Shown piece by piece: positions 1 to 10,610 of a DNA stretch of 64,000 nt. The translations under genes were made by a program, and so were the position numbers. Source of the DNA: Chloroflexota bacterium (GTDB lineage: Bacteria; Chloroflexota; Dehalococcoidia; Dehalococcoidales; UBA2162); assembly GCA_043804635.1 (NCBI GenBank), contig JAZDIU010000089.1, forward strand, positions 8,909 to 72,908. Direction: 5' to 3'. The number at the start of each line of letters is the position of its first letter. Position 1 is the stretch's first letter. The notes beneath the pieces are model-generated. The model was not told the DNA's origin and made no database searches. It saw only the letters and a list, made by a program, of their open reading frames with translations.

Positions 1-89
1 ATAAGCTCCCTGTATTCTTTCAAAGACAAGATTACTCCGATTTTACGCCCCTTCTCTGTAACCACAAAACATCTCTTTTCCTGTTTCAT
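1..89 (-). CDS. Partial small antitoxin-like protein (Phd/YefM-like), runs off window start
   Basis: Own translation from ATG 89: MKQEKRCFVVTEKGRKIGVILSLKEYREL..., matching the V-x-EKG-x-K-x-GVIL-S-x-EY pattern of small antitoxins; not in ORF track. Confidence 0.5.
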   Translation of the reverse strand, partial: MKQEKRCFVVTEKGRKIGVILSLKEYREL

Positions 90-154
90 TATAAGTTCTT
101 AACTGACATTCATATCTTTTTGTTCATTATACCCTAAGTGGAGAAATACCTTTC

Positions 155-838
155 TTAATTATGGATATTGTCTCCGAATCTATTGAATGTCAAATCAAGG
201 ACATCATCCTTTTCGGATGCGTTAAGTTCGATGCCATGCAAATGGAGCCATACATCTAAGAATAGATTTCTGTGGTACCATTCTTGTTCTTCTCCGGCGA
301 CGAGGTTATCTAGCTTATTTTCTAGTAAGTCTATCTGTTTCTCCAAAAAGTGGAGGGTAAGAGACTCACCAAGTCCTCCTTCAAATTGTTCAGCCTCCTG
401 TGTTAGGTTGTCGAGTTGTCGGTATCGCTTATCTTCATAAATTTCAAGTATATGGTCATACCACTCTTTAAACTGCCACGCAATTGCGAAGTACCAAAGA
501 TTGGCATACTTTCGCCACAATCCGTAGATTCCTAGCTCTTCTAGTAACCGCCGATGTCGAACGGCAAAAGGCTTTCGAATTCCTACGTGTGTATAGGTCA
601 TTAGAACATCTCGACACCTCAGTTTTTCCCTCTCCCAAGACGGAGGTCTAGCGTTCGCCAAATTTTTCTTCAGAGACTCTTCATATTCTCCTATAGCCTT
701 GTCAACGGCAGCATAGAAGTCCGAAATTACTCGCCTAATATCAGCTACTTTGAGAGGGGTGATTCTAAAATGGGGAGACCATTGCCAATCCTGTTCTGTC
801 AAGACCTTTCTCAACTCTGATATATTCGGTTTTGTCAT
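155..838 (-). CDS. Hypothetical protein, 227 aa, helical
   Basis: Long ORF, AT-richer than its neighbours, no motif recognised. Confidence 0.6.
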   Translation of the reverse strand: MTKPNISELRKVLTEQDWQWSPHFRITPLKVADIRRVISDFYAAVDKAIGEYEESLKKNLANARPPSWEREKLRCRDVLMTYTHVGIRKPFAVRHRRLLEELGIYGLWRKYANLWYFAIAWQFKEWYDHILEIYEDKRYRQLDNLTQEAEQFEGGLGESLTLHFLEKQIDLLENKLDNLVAGEEQEWYHRNLFLDVWLHLHGIELNASEKDDVLDLTFNRFGDNIHN

Positions 839-898
839 GCCTAAGTTACCTTTCTCGACTAGTAGTGGTAAAAAGTAGATCAGGATTCGTGCCCTTGA

Positions 899-1996
899 TT
901 ATATCCCCGCCATCTTCCTTAGTCTACCCAGCGCGTCGTTCTTTTCTTGTAGCCCCAGTTTAGCTTTGCCGATGGCTCTGGAGAGAAGCTCGATTGACTG
1001 GTCGTAGGTCTTTTTGTCCACAGGATAAGGAATGCCGTCCTTGCCGCCGTGAGCAAAGCTGTAGCGGGCCGGGTCGCGGTAGCTGGGCGCCACGCCATAA
1101 ACCAGCTCGGAAATGAGGCTCAGGGCACGGATAGTCTTGGGACCCACGCCGGGCAGTCCCAGCAGCTCCTCGAAGTCTTTGGGCTGGCGCTCATAGGTGC
1201 TAAGAATAATCTTGCTCAGGCTGTCCGGGTGAAGGTCGGCGGTGCCTAGATAGTGATGGGCGGGAAGCTCCAGGGTCTGTATTTTCTTGAGGTCGGCGAG
1301 AATAGACTCCGGTTTTTGCTCGGTGGCGATTTCGGCGATAGTATTCCGGGCGGGTTCGCTCTCACCGGCGACCAGATTGAGTGCTTGCCCTCTGGCTTCG
1401 GAAGCGATTGCGGAATGCGGCTCATTGACAAAATCGCTGACGGTCTCGCCCAGCCAGTGATAGCGCCGGGCGTAGCGGGTGGACTCGTTCATTCCCTGCT
1501 GAACAACCGCCCACGAACCACGACTGGTAAAAACAAAGCTATGATGATAAAGCTGGTAGCCATCCTGAATAGCGGCGCTGTCCACTTTAGCCGACATCCG
1601 GCTGGCGTAAACAAGCGGCGCCGGGTCGAGCGAGATTAGTTCGCCCCAGCTTTCCACCTCTGACGGTGTCTTACGTGAAGTCCCGCCTTTGCCGCCGGCA
1701 ACGAACAGACCGAGGTCGCGTTCCAATCCTTTGATGCCTTCTTTGACCGCGCCGCAGAGGGTGGTAGTAACGCCGCTGGAATGCCAGTCGAAGCCGAGCA
1801 CACAGCCGAAAGCTTGGAACCAGTAGGGATGAGATAGGCGTTTCAGCATTTCATCGGGACCGAACTGGCTGACGATGGCGATGGTGATTTCTCGGGCTAG
1901 TTTGACCATCCGCTGAAAAAGCCAGGGCGGTGCTTTACCGTAGTGGAGGGGTAGGTTTGCTATTCCGGTGCGTCTGGGAACGGCTGACATAGCCAA
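899..1996 (-). CDS. DUF763 family protein
   Basis: LPLHYGKAPPWLF, GFDWHSSGVTT, HhH-like LPGVGPKT and FAHGGKDG motifs. Confidence 0.9.
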   Translation of the reverse strand: MAMSAVPRRTGIANLPLHYGKAPPWLFQRMVKLAREITIAIVSQFGPDEMLKRLSHPYWFQAFGCVLGFDWHSSGVTTTLCGAVKEGIKGLERDLGLFVAGGKGGTSRKTPSEVESWGELISLDPAPLVYASRMSAKVDSAAIQDGYQLYHHSFVFTSRGSWAVVQQGMNESTRYARRYHWLGETVSDFVNEPHSAIASEARGQALNLVAGESEPARNTIAEIATEQKPESILADLKKIQTLELPAHHYLGTADLHPDSLSKIILSTYERQPKDFEELLGLPGVGPKTIRALSLISELVYGVAPSYRDPARYSFAHGGKDGIPYPVDKKTYDQSIELLSRAIGKAKLGLQEKNDALGRLRKMAGI

Positions 1997-2004
1997 TCCC
2001 TCGA

Positions 2005-2238
2005 TTACATACCGCAGGTGCTACAGGAGCTGGAGCCACAGCTAGCGCAGGAACTGCCGCCGCCTACGGGAGTGGGCGAACCGCCTTCATTCATTGAGAA
2101 GCAGGCAAAAGTGGATAATTTCTTTTTGGCGGTCTTATGGCATTTAGGACAGGCAGCCGGTTTATCAACCTGGCTGAACGGGCGGAGAAGCTCAAATTTA
2201 CAGTCACAATCGTGGCAGACATATTCGTAAATAGGCAT
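2005..2238 (-). CDS. FmdB-family zinc-ribbon protein
   Basis: MPIYEYVCHDC...CPKC plus Cys-rich tail; start moved to ATG 2238. Confidence 0.85.
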   Translation of the reverse strand: MPIYEYVCHDCDCKFELLRPFSQVDKPAACPKCHKTAKKKLSTFACFSMNEGGSPTPVGGGSSCASCGSSSCSTCGM

Positions 2239-2343
2239 ACTCTTAACTCCTAAATTCAGTTTAGGCTTTTCGAGGCGGGAAGTCAAGCTTGTGCAGGCGT
2301 CTATTAATAGGTTTCGTTTGGTTAATGGAAACCTATCCCGCTT

Positions 2344-3888
2344 TTACGTTTCCCAGACTACCTTCCCGCCGATGATGGTCGTCAGGACTTTGATGTCTTT
2401 TAGCTGCTCCGGGGGGACTTTGGTCGAGTCGTCACTTAAGATAACGATATCAGCCAGTTTGCATGGAGTGATGGAGCCTTTGATTCTCTCCTCGAAAGTG
2501 GCATACGCTCCGTTGATGGTATACATCGCAAGTGCCTGGCTAGCTGAAATACTTTCTTCTGGTAGGAGCTTTTGCCCCGACTCCGTCTGTCTGGTGATAG
2601 CCGCATAAATACCGACGAGCGGGTTAGCCGGGACAATGGGTGAATCAGAGCTGCCGGCAACAACCAGTCCGGCATCGAAGAAAGATTTGAAGCGAGCTAT
2701 CCATTGTAATTGGTTCGGTGGCAAGGTCGCTAAATATCTTTCACCACTATAGTAGAGAAAGGGAGGCTGGGTGGCTATTACTGTCTTCAGTCTCTTTAAC
2801 CGCTCAAGCAAGTGCGGCGGACACACAGAACAATGCTCAATGCGGTGTCTTCGTCCGGATTGCGGGAATTGGCTCTGGGCATACTCTAAAGCAACGATTG
2901 CGGCTTCCACAGTACCCGGCTGGACGGCGTGGATGGCTAGCTGAAAGCCAGCCCGATGAGCTTTCAGCACCATCTGATTTAGCTCTGGCTGGGAAGGGTG
3001 TAATTTCCCGGTAGTTTCATTCGGAGCTATTTTTACCGAGCCCAGACGTAAATCGGCATTACCGGAACCGAAAGTCAAACCCGCTTCCTGGAACTGGCTC
3101 AAGGCTTCGATACCGGGCATAAAATATACTCGACACTTAAGCTGGTCTTTTTCTTTGAAACTGCGGAATTTCTGCCATTGCTTCAGGCTATTGACGATAG
3201 TTGCTTCGCCGAGCGAGGTAATTCCCTGAGAAAGATACTGCTCGTTAGCTAAAGCAATGCCTTTGTTTAGCTCTGCTTCCGATAGGGGAGGCATTACTTT
3301 TTCCCTGATGTAACCTAACATCTCAAAGAGGACACCGGTGGGTTCGCCATTAGCGTCTCGCTCAATGACGCCGCCCGGCGGCGCCGAGGTTTCACGAGTA
3401 ATACCCGCCAGAGCCAGCGCCTTACTGTTCAGCACGCAGGTGTGGAGGGAGCGGTGGGAAAGAATTACGGGGTGGTTGGGAGCGACTTCATCGATATCCC
3501 GGAGGGTGGGATGACGCTTTTCAGCAAGATAGAAGTCCGTGTAGTCGGTACCGCTAATCCATTTACCGGGTGGGGTATTTTGAGCCTTGCGGCTGATGAT
3601 TGCCCTAATTTCGTTTATGGACTTAACCAACGGTGGACTAAGGTCGATGCCAAGCAGTTTCCTGACGAAAGAGAAAACGTGGCAGTGGGCGTCGTTGAAG
3701 CCGGGGATGATTGTCTTACCGTGACAATCTATTACTTTAGTTTTAGAGCCTCTAACCGATGCCAGGCTTTCGTTATCAGCGACCAGTAGAATTTTACCGT
3801 CCTTAATGGCAATAAGTTCAGCGGTAGGTTGCGCCGGGTTGAGGGTAATGACATTAGCGTTTTTGAGAATGAGATCGGCGGCTTTCAT
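2344..3888 (-). CDS. Amidohydrolase 3 (YtcJ-like)
   Basis: [32 protein letters not shown] motifs. Confidence 0.9.
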   Translation of the reverse strand: MKAADLILKNANVITLNPAQPTAELIAIKDGKILLVADNESLASVRGSKTKVIDCHGKTIIPGFNDAHCHVFSFVRKLLGIDLSPPLVKSINEIRAIISRKAQNTPPGKWISGTDYTDFYLAEKRHPTLRDIDEVAPNHPVILSHRSLHTCVLNSKALALAGITRETSAPPGGVIERDANGEPTGVLFEMLGYIREKVMPPLSEAELNKGIALANEQYLSQGITSLGEATIVNSLKQWQKFRSFKEKDQLKCRVYFMPGIEALSQFQEAGLTFGSGNADLRLGSVKIAPNETTGKLHPSQPELNQMVLKAHRAGFQLAIHAVQPGTVEAAIVALEYAQSQFPQSGRRHRIEHCSVCPPHLLERLKRLKTVIATQPPFLYYSGERYLATLPPNQLQWIARFKSFFDAGLVVAGSSDSPIVPANPLVGIYAAITRQTESGQKLLPEESISASQALAMYTINGAYATFEERIKGSITPCKLADIVILSDDSTKVPPEQLKDIKVLTTIIGGKVVWET

Positions 3889-3924
3889 TAGCTCACTAAA
3901 GCAGTTTGGCTGACAACAGGCTGA

Positions 3925-4734
3925 TTAAGCTCTAATTCTTTTTACTTCCTCGACTAGCTTCGGTAAAACCTCACCGGTTTTACCCTGAATCAGGTAGTCG
4001 GAAATCTGTTCATAAGTGAGGGGCGTGGGTTCGGCATTGACTTCAACAATCATTGCTTCTGGGACTTTTTGCCTGGCCAGTCTGGGTAAGCTGGCGAAGG
4101 GATAAACCACGGCTGAAGTCCCGCAAATAAGCATAAGGTCGCATTTCCGGGCTTCTTCTAAGCTTAGGCGCGCCACATCTTCCGGGATCGGTTCGTTAAA
4201 AAACACCGTATCGATTTTCATTACCCCCTGGCAATTGGGGCAGAGGGGTGGCAGTTTGTTTTCCCGTAACAGCTTTTCAAGGTCGACTTCTTCCCGCCTG
4301 AGTCGCGAGCCGCAATTAATGCACCTTAGCTTGGCATTGCTGCCGTGATATTCAAGGAGATGCTGACTGCCGGCTTTTTCATGGAGGGCATCGATATTCT
4401 GGGTAATGACGCATTTCAAAACGCCCAGTTTTTCCAGTTCGACCATGGCATAATGGCCGCGGTTGGGCAGCATCTTTTCTATATTGCCTAATGGGCTAGC
4501 GTGGGCGTTGGTTAACCTTTCTTCCCACCACTTTTTGGGGTCTTGCAGGAGTTCCTGGTAAGCCTGATAAGCCCTTCTTTCGGCGGCGGGGTCTTTAGTC
4601 CAGACTCCGGAGGGTCCCCGAAAATCCGGGATCCCAGATTCAGTCGAAATGCCGGCGCCAGTGAGGGCGATGGCATATTTAGAGTTAATCAGGTCTCTGG
4701 CGGCTTTTTTAATTAGGTCGCCTTGTTCAGTCAT
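3925..4734 (-). CDS. cobB: Sir2-family NAD-dependent protein deacylase
   Basis: GAGISTESGIPDFRG, TQNIDALH, HGS, CxxC..CxxC, GTS motifs. Confidence 0.9.
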   Translation of the reverse strand: MTEQGDLIKKAARDLINSKYAIALTGAGISTESGIPDFRGPSGVWTKDPAAERRAYQAYQELLQDPKKWWEERLTNAHASPLGNIEKMLPNRGHYAMVELEKLGVLKCVITQNIDALHEKAGSQHLLEYHGSNAKLRCINCGSRLRREEVDLEKLLRENKLPPLCPNCQGVMKIDTVFFNEPIPEDVARLSLEEARKCDLMLICGTSAVVYPFASLPRLARQKVPEAMIVEVNAEPTPLTYEQISDYLIQGKTGEVLPKLVEEVKRIRA

Positions 4735-4847
4735 AGTTGCCTCGCTTTAATAATACCAAGAAAATACTACCAATACTATAAATATTTTAACAAATCCATT
4801 CGGTTTATCGTCGGAGAAGGCTGAAATTCGTCTTTTTAACATAATTC

Positions 4848-4856
4848 TGCTATAAT
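4848..4856 (+). promoter_or_regulatory. Extended -10 promoter (TGnTATAAT) of ftsH
   Basis: TGCTATAAT about 40 bp upstream of the ATG. Confidence 0.55.
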
Positions 4857-4894
4857 GATTATGTTCAGGTAATTCCCATATATTGAGGCGAAGG

Positions 4895-6829
4895 ATGAAG
4901 GGTTGGAAAAATAGCGGTCTGATATATATCGCTATCCTGCTGGCCGGGATAGCCTTAGTTAGTTTTCTCTTTTCTCAATCACAACAACCTACCGAGGTGG
5001 ACTTAGATAAAGTCATTTCTATGTCCCAAAACGGTGAGGTTAAAACGCTCTTGATAGAGAGCGATTCTCTATTGGTCACTACTGCCACCGGGGATAAACT
5101 TACTACCTATATCGGCAACCTTAATTATGTCGAGCTTAAGGAGCTCGGGCTAAATCTAGATAAAGTAGGAAAATACGCTTACAAAGCCTCAGGAATGGAC
5201 TGGGGGAATCTGCTACTTACGTTTTTGCCACTGCTACTGTTCGGGGGATTGCTCCTTTATCTCTTTTCCCGCGCCCGCGGCGCCAATAACCAGGCGTTCA
5301 GCTTCGGTCGCAGTCGCGCCCGGCTTTTCTCAGCCTCTAAACCGTCAGTAACTTTTGAAGATGTTGCCGGCGTGGATGAGGCTAAGCAGGAACTATACGA
5401 AGTCGTTGAATTTCTTAAGTCGAGGGAGAGGTTCCAGAGCCTGGGTGCACGTATTCCGAAGGGAGTTTTACTGGTCGGGCCCCCGGGCACAGGAAAGACC
5501 CTATTAGCTAAAGCTGTGGCTGGTGAAGCCGGAGTCCCCTTCTTTTCTATTAGCGGTAGTGAATTCGTTGAAATGTTCGTCGGCGTGGGTGCTGCCCGGG
5601 TGCGCGACCTGTTCGACCAGGCTAAGCGAGCTGCTCCTTGTCTTGTCTTTGTTGATGAAATCGATGCCGTCGGCCGCCATCGTGGTGCTGGATTAGGCGG
5701 CAGTCACGATGAAAGAGAACAGACCCTCAACCAGATTTTAACTGAGATGGATGGCTTCGATACTAATACCAGCGTAATCGTCCTAGCGGCAACCAACCGT
5801 CCCGATATACTCGACCCGGCATTGCTGCGTCCCGGACGGTTCGACCGGCGGGTAATCCTTGACCGTCCGGATATTGTCGGCAGAGCTGCTATACTTAAAG
5901 TCCACATCAAAGGTAAGCCTCTCGCAGAATCGGTCAAACTGGAGATACTGGCTAAAGAGACTGCCGGTTTTAGCGGTGCCGACCTGGCTAACCTGGTCAA
6001 TGAGGCAGCAATTCTGGCAGCCAGACGAAATAAAAAAGCTATCGATATGGAAGAGTTCGAAGAATCCATCGACCGCGTCATCGCCGGTCCAGAGAGAAAA
6101 AGCCGGCGCATAAGCAGCAAAGAAAAAGAAATTACCGCCTATCATGAGGCCGGACATGCTCTGGTAGCCAAGATGCTGCCCGATGCCGACCCCGTCCACA
6201 AAATATCCATCGTTGCCCGCGGAATGTCTCTCGGTCACACCAAACAGCTCCCTATTGAGGACAGGTATCTTATCGGTCGCTCTCAGATTAAAGCGATGTT
6301 AGCCACTTTACTTGGCGGTCACACTGCCGAGCAAATAATCTTCAATGAAGTCACAACGGGAGCTTCGGACGATATTAAGCGTGCCACCGAGCTTGCCCGA
6401 AAGATGGTTACCGACTTCGGAATGAGTGAGAAATTGGGACCAAGGACTTTTGGCGATAAGCAAGAGATGGTATTCCTCGGTAGAGAAATCTCCGAGCAAA
6501 AGGACTATGGCGACCGTATTGCCAATACTATCGATGAAGAGGTCAATAAACTTATCGAGGAAGCTCACGATACTGCCAAGAAGATACTGACTGACAATAA
6601 GCCTAAATTGGTAAAAATCGCTCAAAAATTAGTTGCTCAAGAGACTCTGGAGAGCGATGAACTGGATGCCCTGTTAAGTGATACACCCCCTTCACCACCC
6701 GAGGCTACTATCGAGGCTCCGGCAACACCACCACCTTCTCCGGCTGAACCAGCAACCGAGACCCAGCAGGCACCTTCCGCTAAGCGTAAGATGACCCCGC
6801 CAAAACAAGCTCCAGCCACATCCGGCTAA
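4895..6829 (+). CDS. ftsH: ATP-dependent zinc metalloprotease FtsH
   Basis: Two TM helices, Walker [28 protein letters not shown] 4895 preferred over TTG 4883. Confidence 0.97.
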   Translation: MKGWKNSGLIYIAILLAGIALVSFLFSQSQQPTEVDLDKVISMSQNGEVKTLLIESDSLLVTTATGDKLTTYIGNLNYVELKELGLNLDKVGKYAYKASGMDWGNLLLTFLPLLLFGGLLLYLFSRARGANNQAFSFGRSRARLFSASKPSVTFEDVAGVDEAKQELYEVVEFLKSRERFQSLGARIPKGVLLVGPPGTGKTLLAKAVAGEAGVPFFSISGSEFVEMFVGVGAARVRDLFDQAKRAAPCLVFVDEIDAVGRHRGAGLGGSHDEREQTLNQILTEMDGFDTNTSVIVLAATNRPDILDPALLRPGRFDRRVILDRPDIVGRAAILKVHIKGKPLAESVKLEILAKETAGFSGADLANLVNEAAILAARRNKKAIDMEEFEESIDRVIAGPERKSRRISSKEKEITAYHEAGHALVAKMLPDADPVHKISIVARGMSLGHTKQLPIEDRYLIGRSQIKAMLATLLGGHTAEQIIFNEVTTGASDDIKRATELARKMVTDFGMSEKLGPRTFGDKQEMVFLGREISEQKDYGDRIANTIDEEVNKLIEEAHDTAKKILTDNKPKLVKIAQKLVAQETLESDELDALLSDTPPSPPEATIEAPATPPPSPAEPATETQQAPSAKRKMTPPKQAPATSG

Positions 6830-6893
6830 GGCTCGATGCCTATAGTAGAGATTACCGATAGCCTGTTTCACCTGAATCTTTGATTTCTAAGGG

Positions 6894-6994
6894 TTAAGCC
6901 TGATTGCAATGTGCAGATAGAATGGCTGGCTTAACAAAGCGGAATATAAGGAGCGGGGCGGGATAAATACCAAGGCGGTGGCGAGGTGGGAGAG
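6894..6994 (+). repeat. 101-bp direct repeat, copy 1 (copy of vapC 3' end and downstream DNA)
   Basis: Matches 7751-7851 with 4 mismatches. Confidence 0.95.
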
Positions 6995-7004
6995 ATAACT
7001 AAGT

Positions 7005-7047
7005 AAATCCGAAATCCTAAGCACGAAATCCGAACAAAATTCAAAAG
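7005..7047. repeat. Degenerate heptamer tandem repeat (AAATCCG-type)
   Basis: aaatccg aaatcct aagcacg aaatccg. Confidence 0.6.
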
Positions 7048-7148
7048 GTTATTCTAGATCCCGTATTGTAATATTAAACACTCACAGGGTAGACATTTTA
7101 TTAATTTTAGTATTACTATATTTAACAGAGTATATACAGGAGAATTTT

Positions 7149-7385
7149 ATGGATACATCTACGCTTTCTGAGAAGGGATGGGTGGTAATACCCCAGGAGC
7201 TGCGAGAGCGGTATGGTCTCAAGAAGGGTGATAGAGTCCACGTCATCGACTATGGCGGCGTCATCTCTATCGTACCGGCGTCTGAAGCTCCGATTAGAAA
7301 CTCGATGGGCATGCTAAAAGGCAAGCCGTCTCTGGTCGGGGAACTTATAAAATCAAGGCGACAGGATGCAGAACGCGGAAAATAG
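7149..7385 (+). CDS. AbrB/MazE-type antitoxin
   Basis: LSEKGWVVIPQELRERYGLKKGDRV swapped-hairpin motif; overlaps the PIN gene. Confidence 0.9.
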   Translation: MDTSTLSEKGWVVIPQELRERYGLKKGDRVHVIDYGGVISIVPASEAPIRNSMGMLKGKPSLVGELIKSRRQDAERGK

Positions 7386-7791
7386 TCAAGGCTATGTCCT
7401 TGACAGCTACGCTCTTCTTACCTTTTTTGAGGCTGAACCCGGGAGCGAACAGGTTCGTAATCTGCTGGAAGCAGCTAAAGAAGGTAACTGTCACCTCTAC
7501 CTGTGTGTAGTTAATCTGGGCGAGGTTATTTACTTTATAGAGCGTGAAAGAGGACTTCCCAGAGCCCAAGAGACTCTAGCCCGGATTGATGAGTTACCCA
7601 TCGAGGTCATAAATGTCGACCGAATTCTTGCCTTGGCGGCGGCTCATATTAAAATGGACTGCCCGATAGCTTATGCCGATTGTTTTGCTGCCGCCTTAGC
7701 ACAGGTTAAGAACGCTCTGCTACTTACCGGCGACCCGGAGTTCCGGAAGATTAAGCCTGATTGCAATGTGCAGATAGAATGGCTGGCTTAA
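7366..7791 (+). CDS. vapC: PIN-domain toxin (VapC)
   Basis: VLDSYA, E, YADC, LLTGDPEF PIN acidic residues. Confidence 0.9.
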   Translation: MQNAENSQGYVLDSYALLTFFEAEPGSEQVRNLLEAAKEGNCHLYLCVVNLGEVIYFIERERGLPRAQETLARIDELPIEVINVDRILALAAAHIKMDCPIAYADCFAAALAQVKNALLLTGDPEFRKIKPDCNVQIEWLA

Positions 7792-7851
7792 CAAAGCGGA
7801 ATACAAGGAGCGGGGCGGGATAAATACCAGGGCGATGGTGAGGTGGGAGAG
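7751..7851 (+). repeat. 101-bp direct repeat, copy 2
   Basis: Matches 6894-6994. Confidence 0.95.
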
Positions 7852-7953
7852 GGGGTAGATTGTCAATTAATCCTTTACCCTAATTTGTGTGCTACGCTAG
7901 TTGGTCGGAATTTGAGACCTGAGTTTGCATAAAGAAGCTTGATATTGCTGTAG

Positions 7954-9045
7954 TTACTTAGATTCTAGGGAAAGGGTTGCAGAGTGCAAACACTTAATAA
8001 AATTATTGAATACGTTAATAGCCATTTCAGCATATTCGCGTTTGGGAAATACTGGCTCTTCAGGTGGCACGCTTCCTCGGTTTAGCATCCCAATCGTAGG
8101 GGATACATGCACTATTCGATGGCGAAAACCTATCATGCGTTGGACATCTTCAAGAAGTGCACTTGTTATACCTTTCACTTCTCCAAACTTAATGCCATAT
8201 GCCTTATTATATGCCAATTTACAACGATCGTATTTTTGGAAGTCAATTCTTCCGCTATCAACTATTATCTGTAATGATGAAAAGGAGCTTTCTTGTACTT
8301 CGTTTTTTATCGTTTCTCCCTCACCACGTTCTCGTTCTTTAGCTGATAAAAAGCTGTTAAGCAAAGCGTCAATGTCTGGTAATATTCCCTCTTGTTCAAG
8401 CTCCAAGAATCTTCGCTTACAGTACGTCTCAAATCCGGTGACAAGCATTACGACAGTTACGTTCGTACAAATTACCTCGAAGATATAGCCTTGAGATGAC
8501 GTACCCGATTGAAGAATCTTTACTGCCTCTATTGTGTTGTTCCAAGCCTCGATAGCTGTGGATTCTAGGATTGATTTCCCATGAACGAAGAAGGAATATT
8601 CACCAATTGTGACGCCCTCGTCTCCAATCTGATAAACCTTACCCTTAGAATCGACTCTAAAAGACTTCTTCGAAGGGATGCCTCTAGCGCTGAGAAGCCC
8701 GTCAGGTCCTCCATTGCGACCTCCTACATGTAAGTAAATGTCTTCATGTGACCAGGTTATACACAAATATATAGCTTTACTTCCTTTTAGTGGCTTGATA
8801 TCTAAACTAGCAACTCTCGTGCCAGTGCCGGGCGAAGAATGATAAAAATGAAGATTAAGCTCAGCATCTCGTTCTAATCGGTATACTATTTGCCCAGTTG
8901 CTATCTCAAGAATTACTCCTTTACCTAATTTAGGGTCAAAAAGGCCTTCCAATTGGTATTCAAATTCTAACGTTCCTCTTGGTCTCTTAAGTAACTTTAC
9001 GACTTCTTGCTGTTTCTCAGGTGAAATATTTGCTGGGAAGTGCAT
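7954..9045 (-). CDS. Hypothetical protein: N-terminal LamG/ConA-like beta domain plus C-terminal HEPN-like domain
   Basis: GTLEF...IYLCITWS..IYLHVGG; VMLVTGFETYCK and Rx4H motif RHRIVH; AT-rich. Confidence 0.6.
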   Translation of the reverse strand: MHFPANISPEKQQEVVKLLKRPRGTLEFEYQLEGLFDPKLGKGVILEIATGQIVYRLERDAELNLHFYHSSPGTGTRVASLDIKPLKGSKAIYLCITWSHEDIYLHVGGRNGGPDGLLSARGIPSKKSFRVDSKGKVYQIGDEGVTIGEYSFFVHGKSILESTAIEAWNNTIEAVKILQSGTSSQGYIFEVICTNVTVVMLVTGFETYCKRRFLELEQEGILPDIDALLNSFLSAKERERGEGETIKNEVQESSFSSLQIIVDSGRIDFQKYDRCKLAYNKAYGIKFGEVKGITSALLEDVQRMIGFRHRIVHVSPTIGMLNRGSVPPEEPVFPKREYAEMAINVFNNFIKCLHSATLSLESK

Positions 9046-9111
9046 TCTAACCTCCTTGTATCGGAGTCTTTTACAGCTTTGATGATAATTGAGTTGAGCC
9101 TTTGCGGTCTA

Positions 9112-10503
9112 TTAAAGGTTCTGCTCTGAGCTACTTCCTTGCTTACCAATCCCCACTCCCACCGCCTCCCTTAAACTGCTGACCGGGATAATTTCGATAC
9201 CTTTGGGGATTGGGCTGATTACGGCGCCGGTTTTGGGGACGAGGCAGCGTTTGAAGCCAAGGCGGGCGGCTTCGTTAACGCGTCTGTCTAATTGGGGAAC
9301 GGCTCTAAGTTCGCCGCTGAGTCCGATTTCACCCACGGCTATCAAATGAGGGTCAACACCCACGTCGCGGAAGCTGGAGGCAATTGCCAGGGCAATGCCT
9401 AAATCGGCGGCCGGCTCTTCAATTTTGAGCCCGCCGGTAACATTTACCATAACATCCTGATTGCCGAGCTTTAAGCCGAGGCGCCGGGTGAGCACGGCGG
9501 TAATCATCAGCAGGCGGTTGAAGTCGATGCCGTTAGCGGTGCGGCGGGGCAAGCCAAAGGCGGTGGGATTGGTCAGGGCTTGAATCTCGACGAGGAGGGG
9601 CCGACTGCCTTCAAGGACAGGTACCACCGCCGAGCCGACAGCTTCACCCCAGCGTTGAGAAAGAAAAGCTTGGGAGGGATTATCAACCTCGACCAAGCCC
9701 TGCTCTTTCATTTCAAAGACGCCGATTTCGTTGGTCGAGCCAAAGCGGTTTTTGACGCTACGTAAAACGCGGTAGGCACTGAAGGACTCGCCCTCGAGAT
9801 AGAGCACGACGTCGACGATGTGTTCCAGGACCTTGGGACCGGCGATGGCGCCTTCTTTGGTAACGTGCCCGACGATGAAAACGGGCACACCGGTCGACTT
9901 CGCCCAGTGCATCAGCCGGGCGGTACATTCCCGAACCTGGTTGATGCTGCCGGCGCTTGCCTCGACTTCGGGCAGGAAAACTGCCTGAATGGAATCGACC
10001 ACTACCAGACCGGGCGATAGCTCTTCAAGCTGACCAAGAATAGCATCGAGGTTGGTTTCAGCTAAAAGAAAAAGATTTTCGCCTTTTATGCTCAGTCGGT
10101 TCGCTCTAAGCCTGATTTGGTGCAGTGTCTCTTCGCCGGAGACATAGACCACTTTGCTGCCGGACTGGGCGACTATAGCTGAGACCTGTAGCAGGAGAGT
10201 GGACTTGCCGATACCGGGGTCGCCGCCGATGAGGGTCAGCGAGCCGGGAACAACTCCGCCACCCAGCACCCGGTTAAATTCTGCTAAAGGCAAGGAAAGG
10301 CGTTCGTTCGCCTGGAGGGTGATTTCGGACAGCTCCTGGGGTGGAGTGGTTGGGAGGGTTGATGTAAAAGAGGTGGTTACGGTGGTGACGGTTTTCTCGA
10401 CGAGACTGTTCCATGCCTGACATTCGGGGCAGCGTCCCAGCCATTTAAGGTTTTCTTTACCGCACTGCTGGCAGACGAAGATGGTCTTTGGCGATTTTCC
10501 CAC
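9112..10503 (-). CDS. radA: DNA repair protein RadA/Sms
   Basis: N-terminal C4 zinc finger, GDPGIGKST, KNRFG, Lon-like C-terminus. Confidence 0.97.
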   Translation of the reverse strand: MGKSPKTIFVCQQCGKENLKWLGRCPECQAWNSLVEKTVTTVTTSFTSTLPTTPPQELSEITLQANERLSLPLAEFNRVLGGGVVPGSLTLIGGDPGIGKSTLLLQVSAIVAQSGSKVVYVSGEETLHQIRLRANRLSIKGENLFLLAETNLDAILGQLEELSPGLVVVDSIQAVFLPEVEASAGSINQVRECTARLMHWAKSTGVPVFIVGHVTKEGAIAGPKVLEHIVDVVLYLEGESFSAYRVLRSVKNRFGSTNEIGVFEMKEQGLVEVDNPSQAFLSQRWGEAVGSAVVPVLEGSRPLLVEIQALTNPTAFGLPRRTANGIDFNRLLMITAVLTRRLGLKLGNQDVMVNVTGGLKIEEPAADLGIALAIASSFRDVGVDPHLIAVGEIGLSGELRAVPQLDRRVNEAARLGFKRCLVPKTGAVISPIPKGIEIIPVSSLREAVGVGIGKQGSSSEQNL

Positions 10504-10547
10504 AAGCTGACTTTACTAGATTTTGGGGAGGAGTGCAAGGAGAACTT

Positions 10548-10610
10548 GATTTACGATTAATGATTTTTAACATAATTATTCGTAAATCTTATCTCATAAA
10601 TCTTAAATCT
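10548..10610. repeat. Heptamer-based imperfect inverted repeat (GATTTAC.../...AAATCTT), copy 1
   Basis: Near-identical 33-bp segment shared with 19464-19526; overlaps the larE stop codon. Confidence 0.8.
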
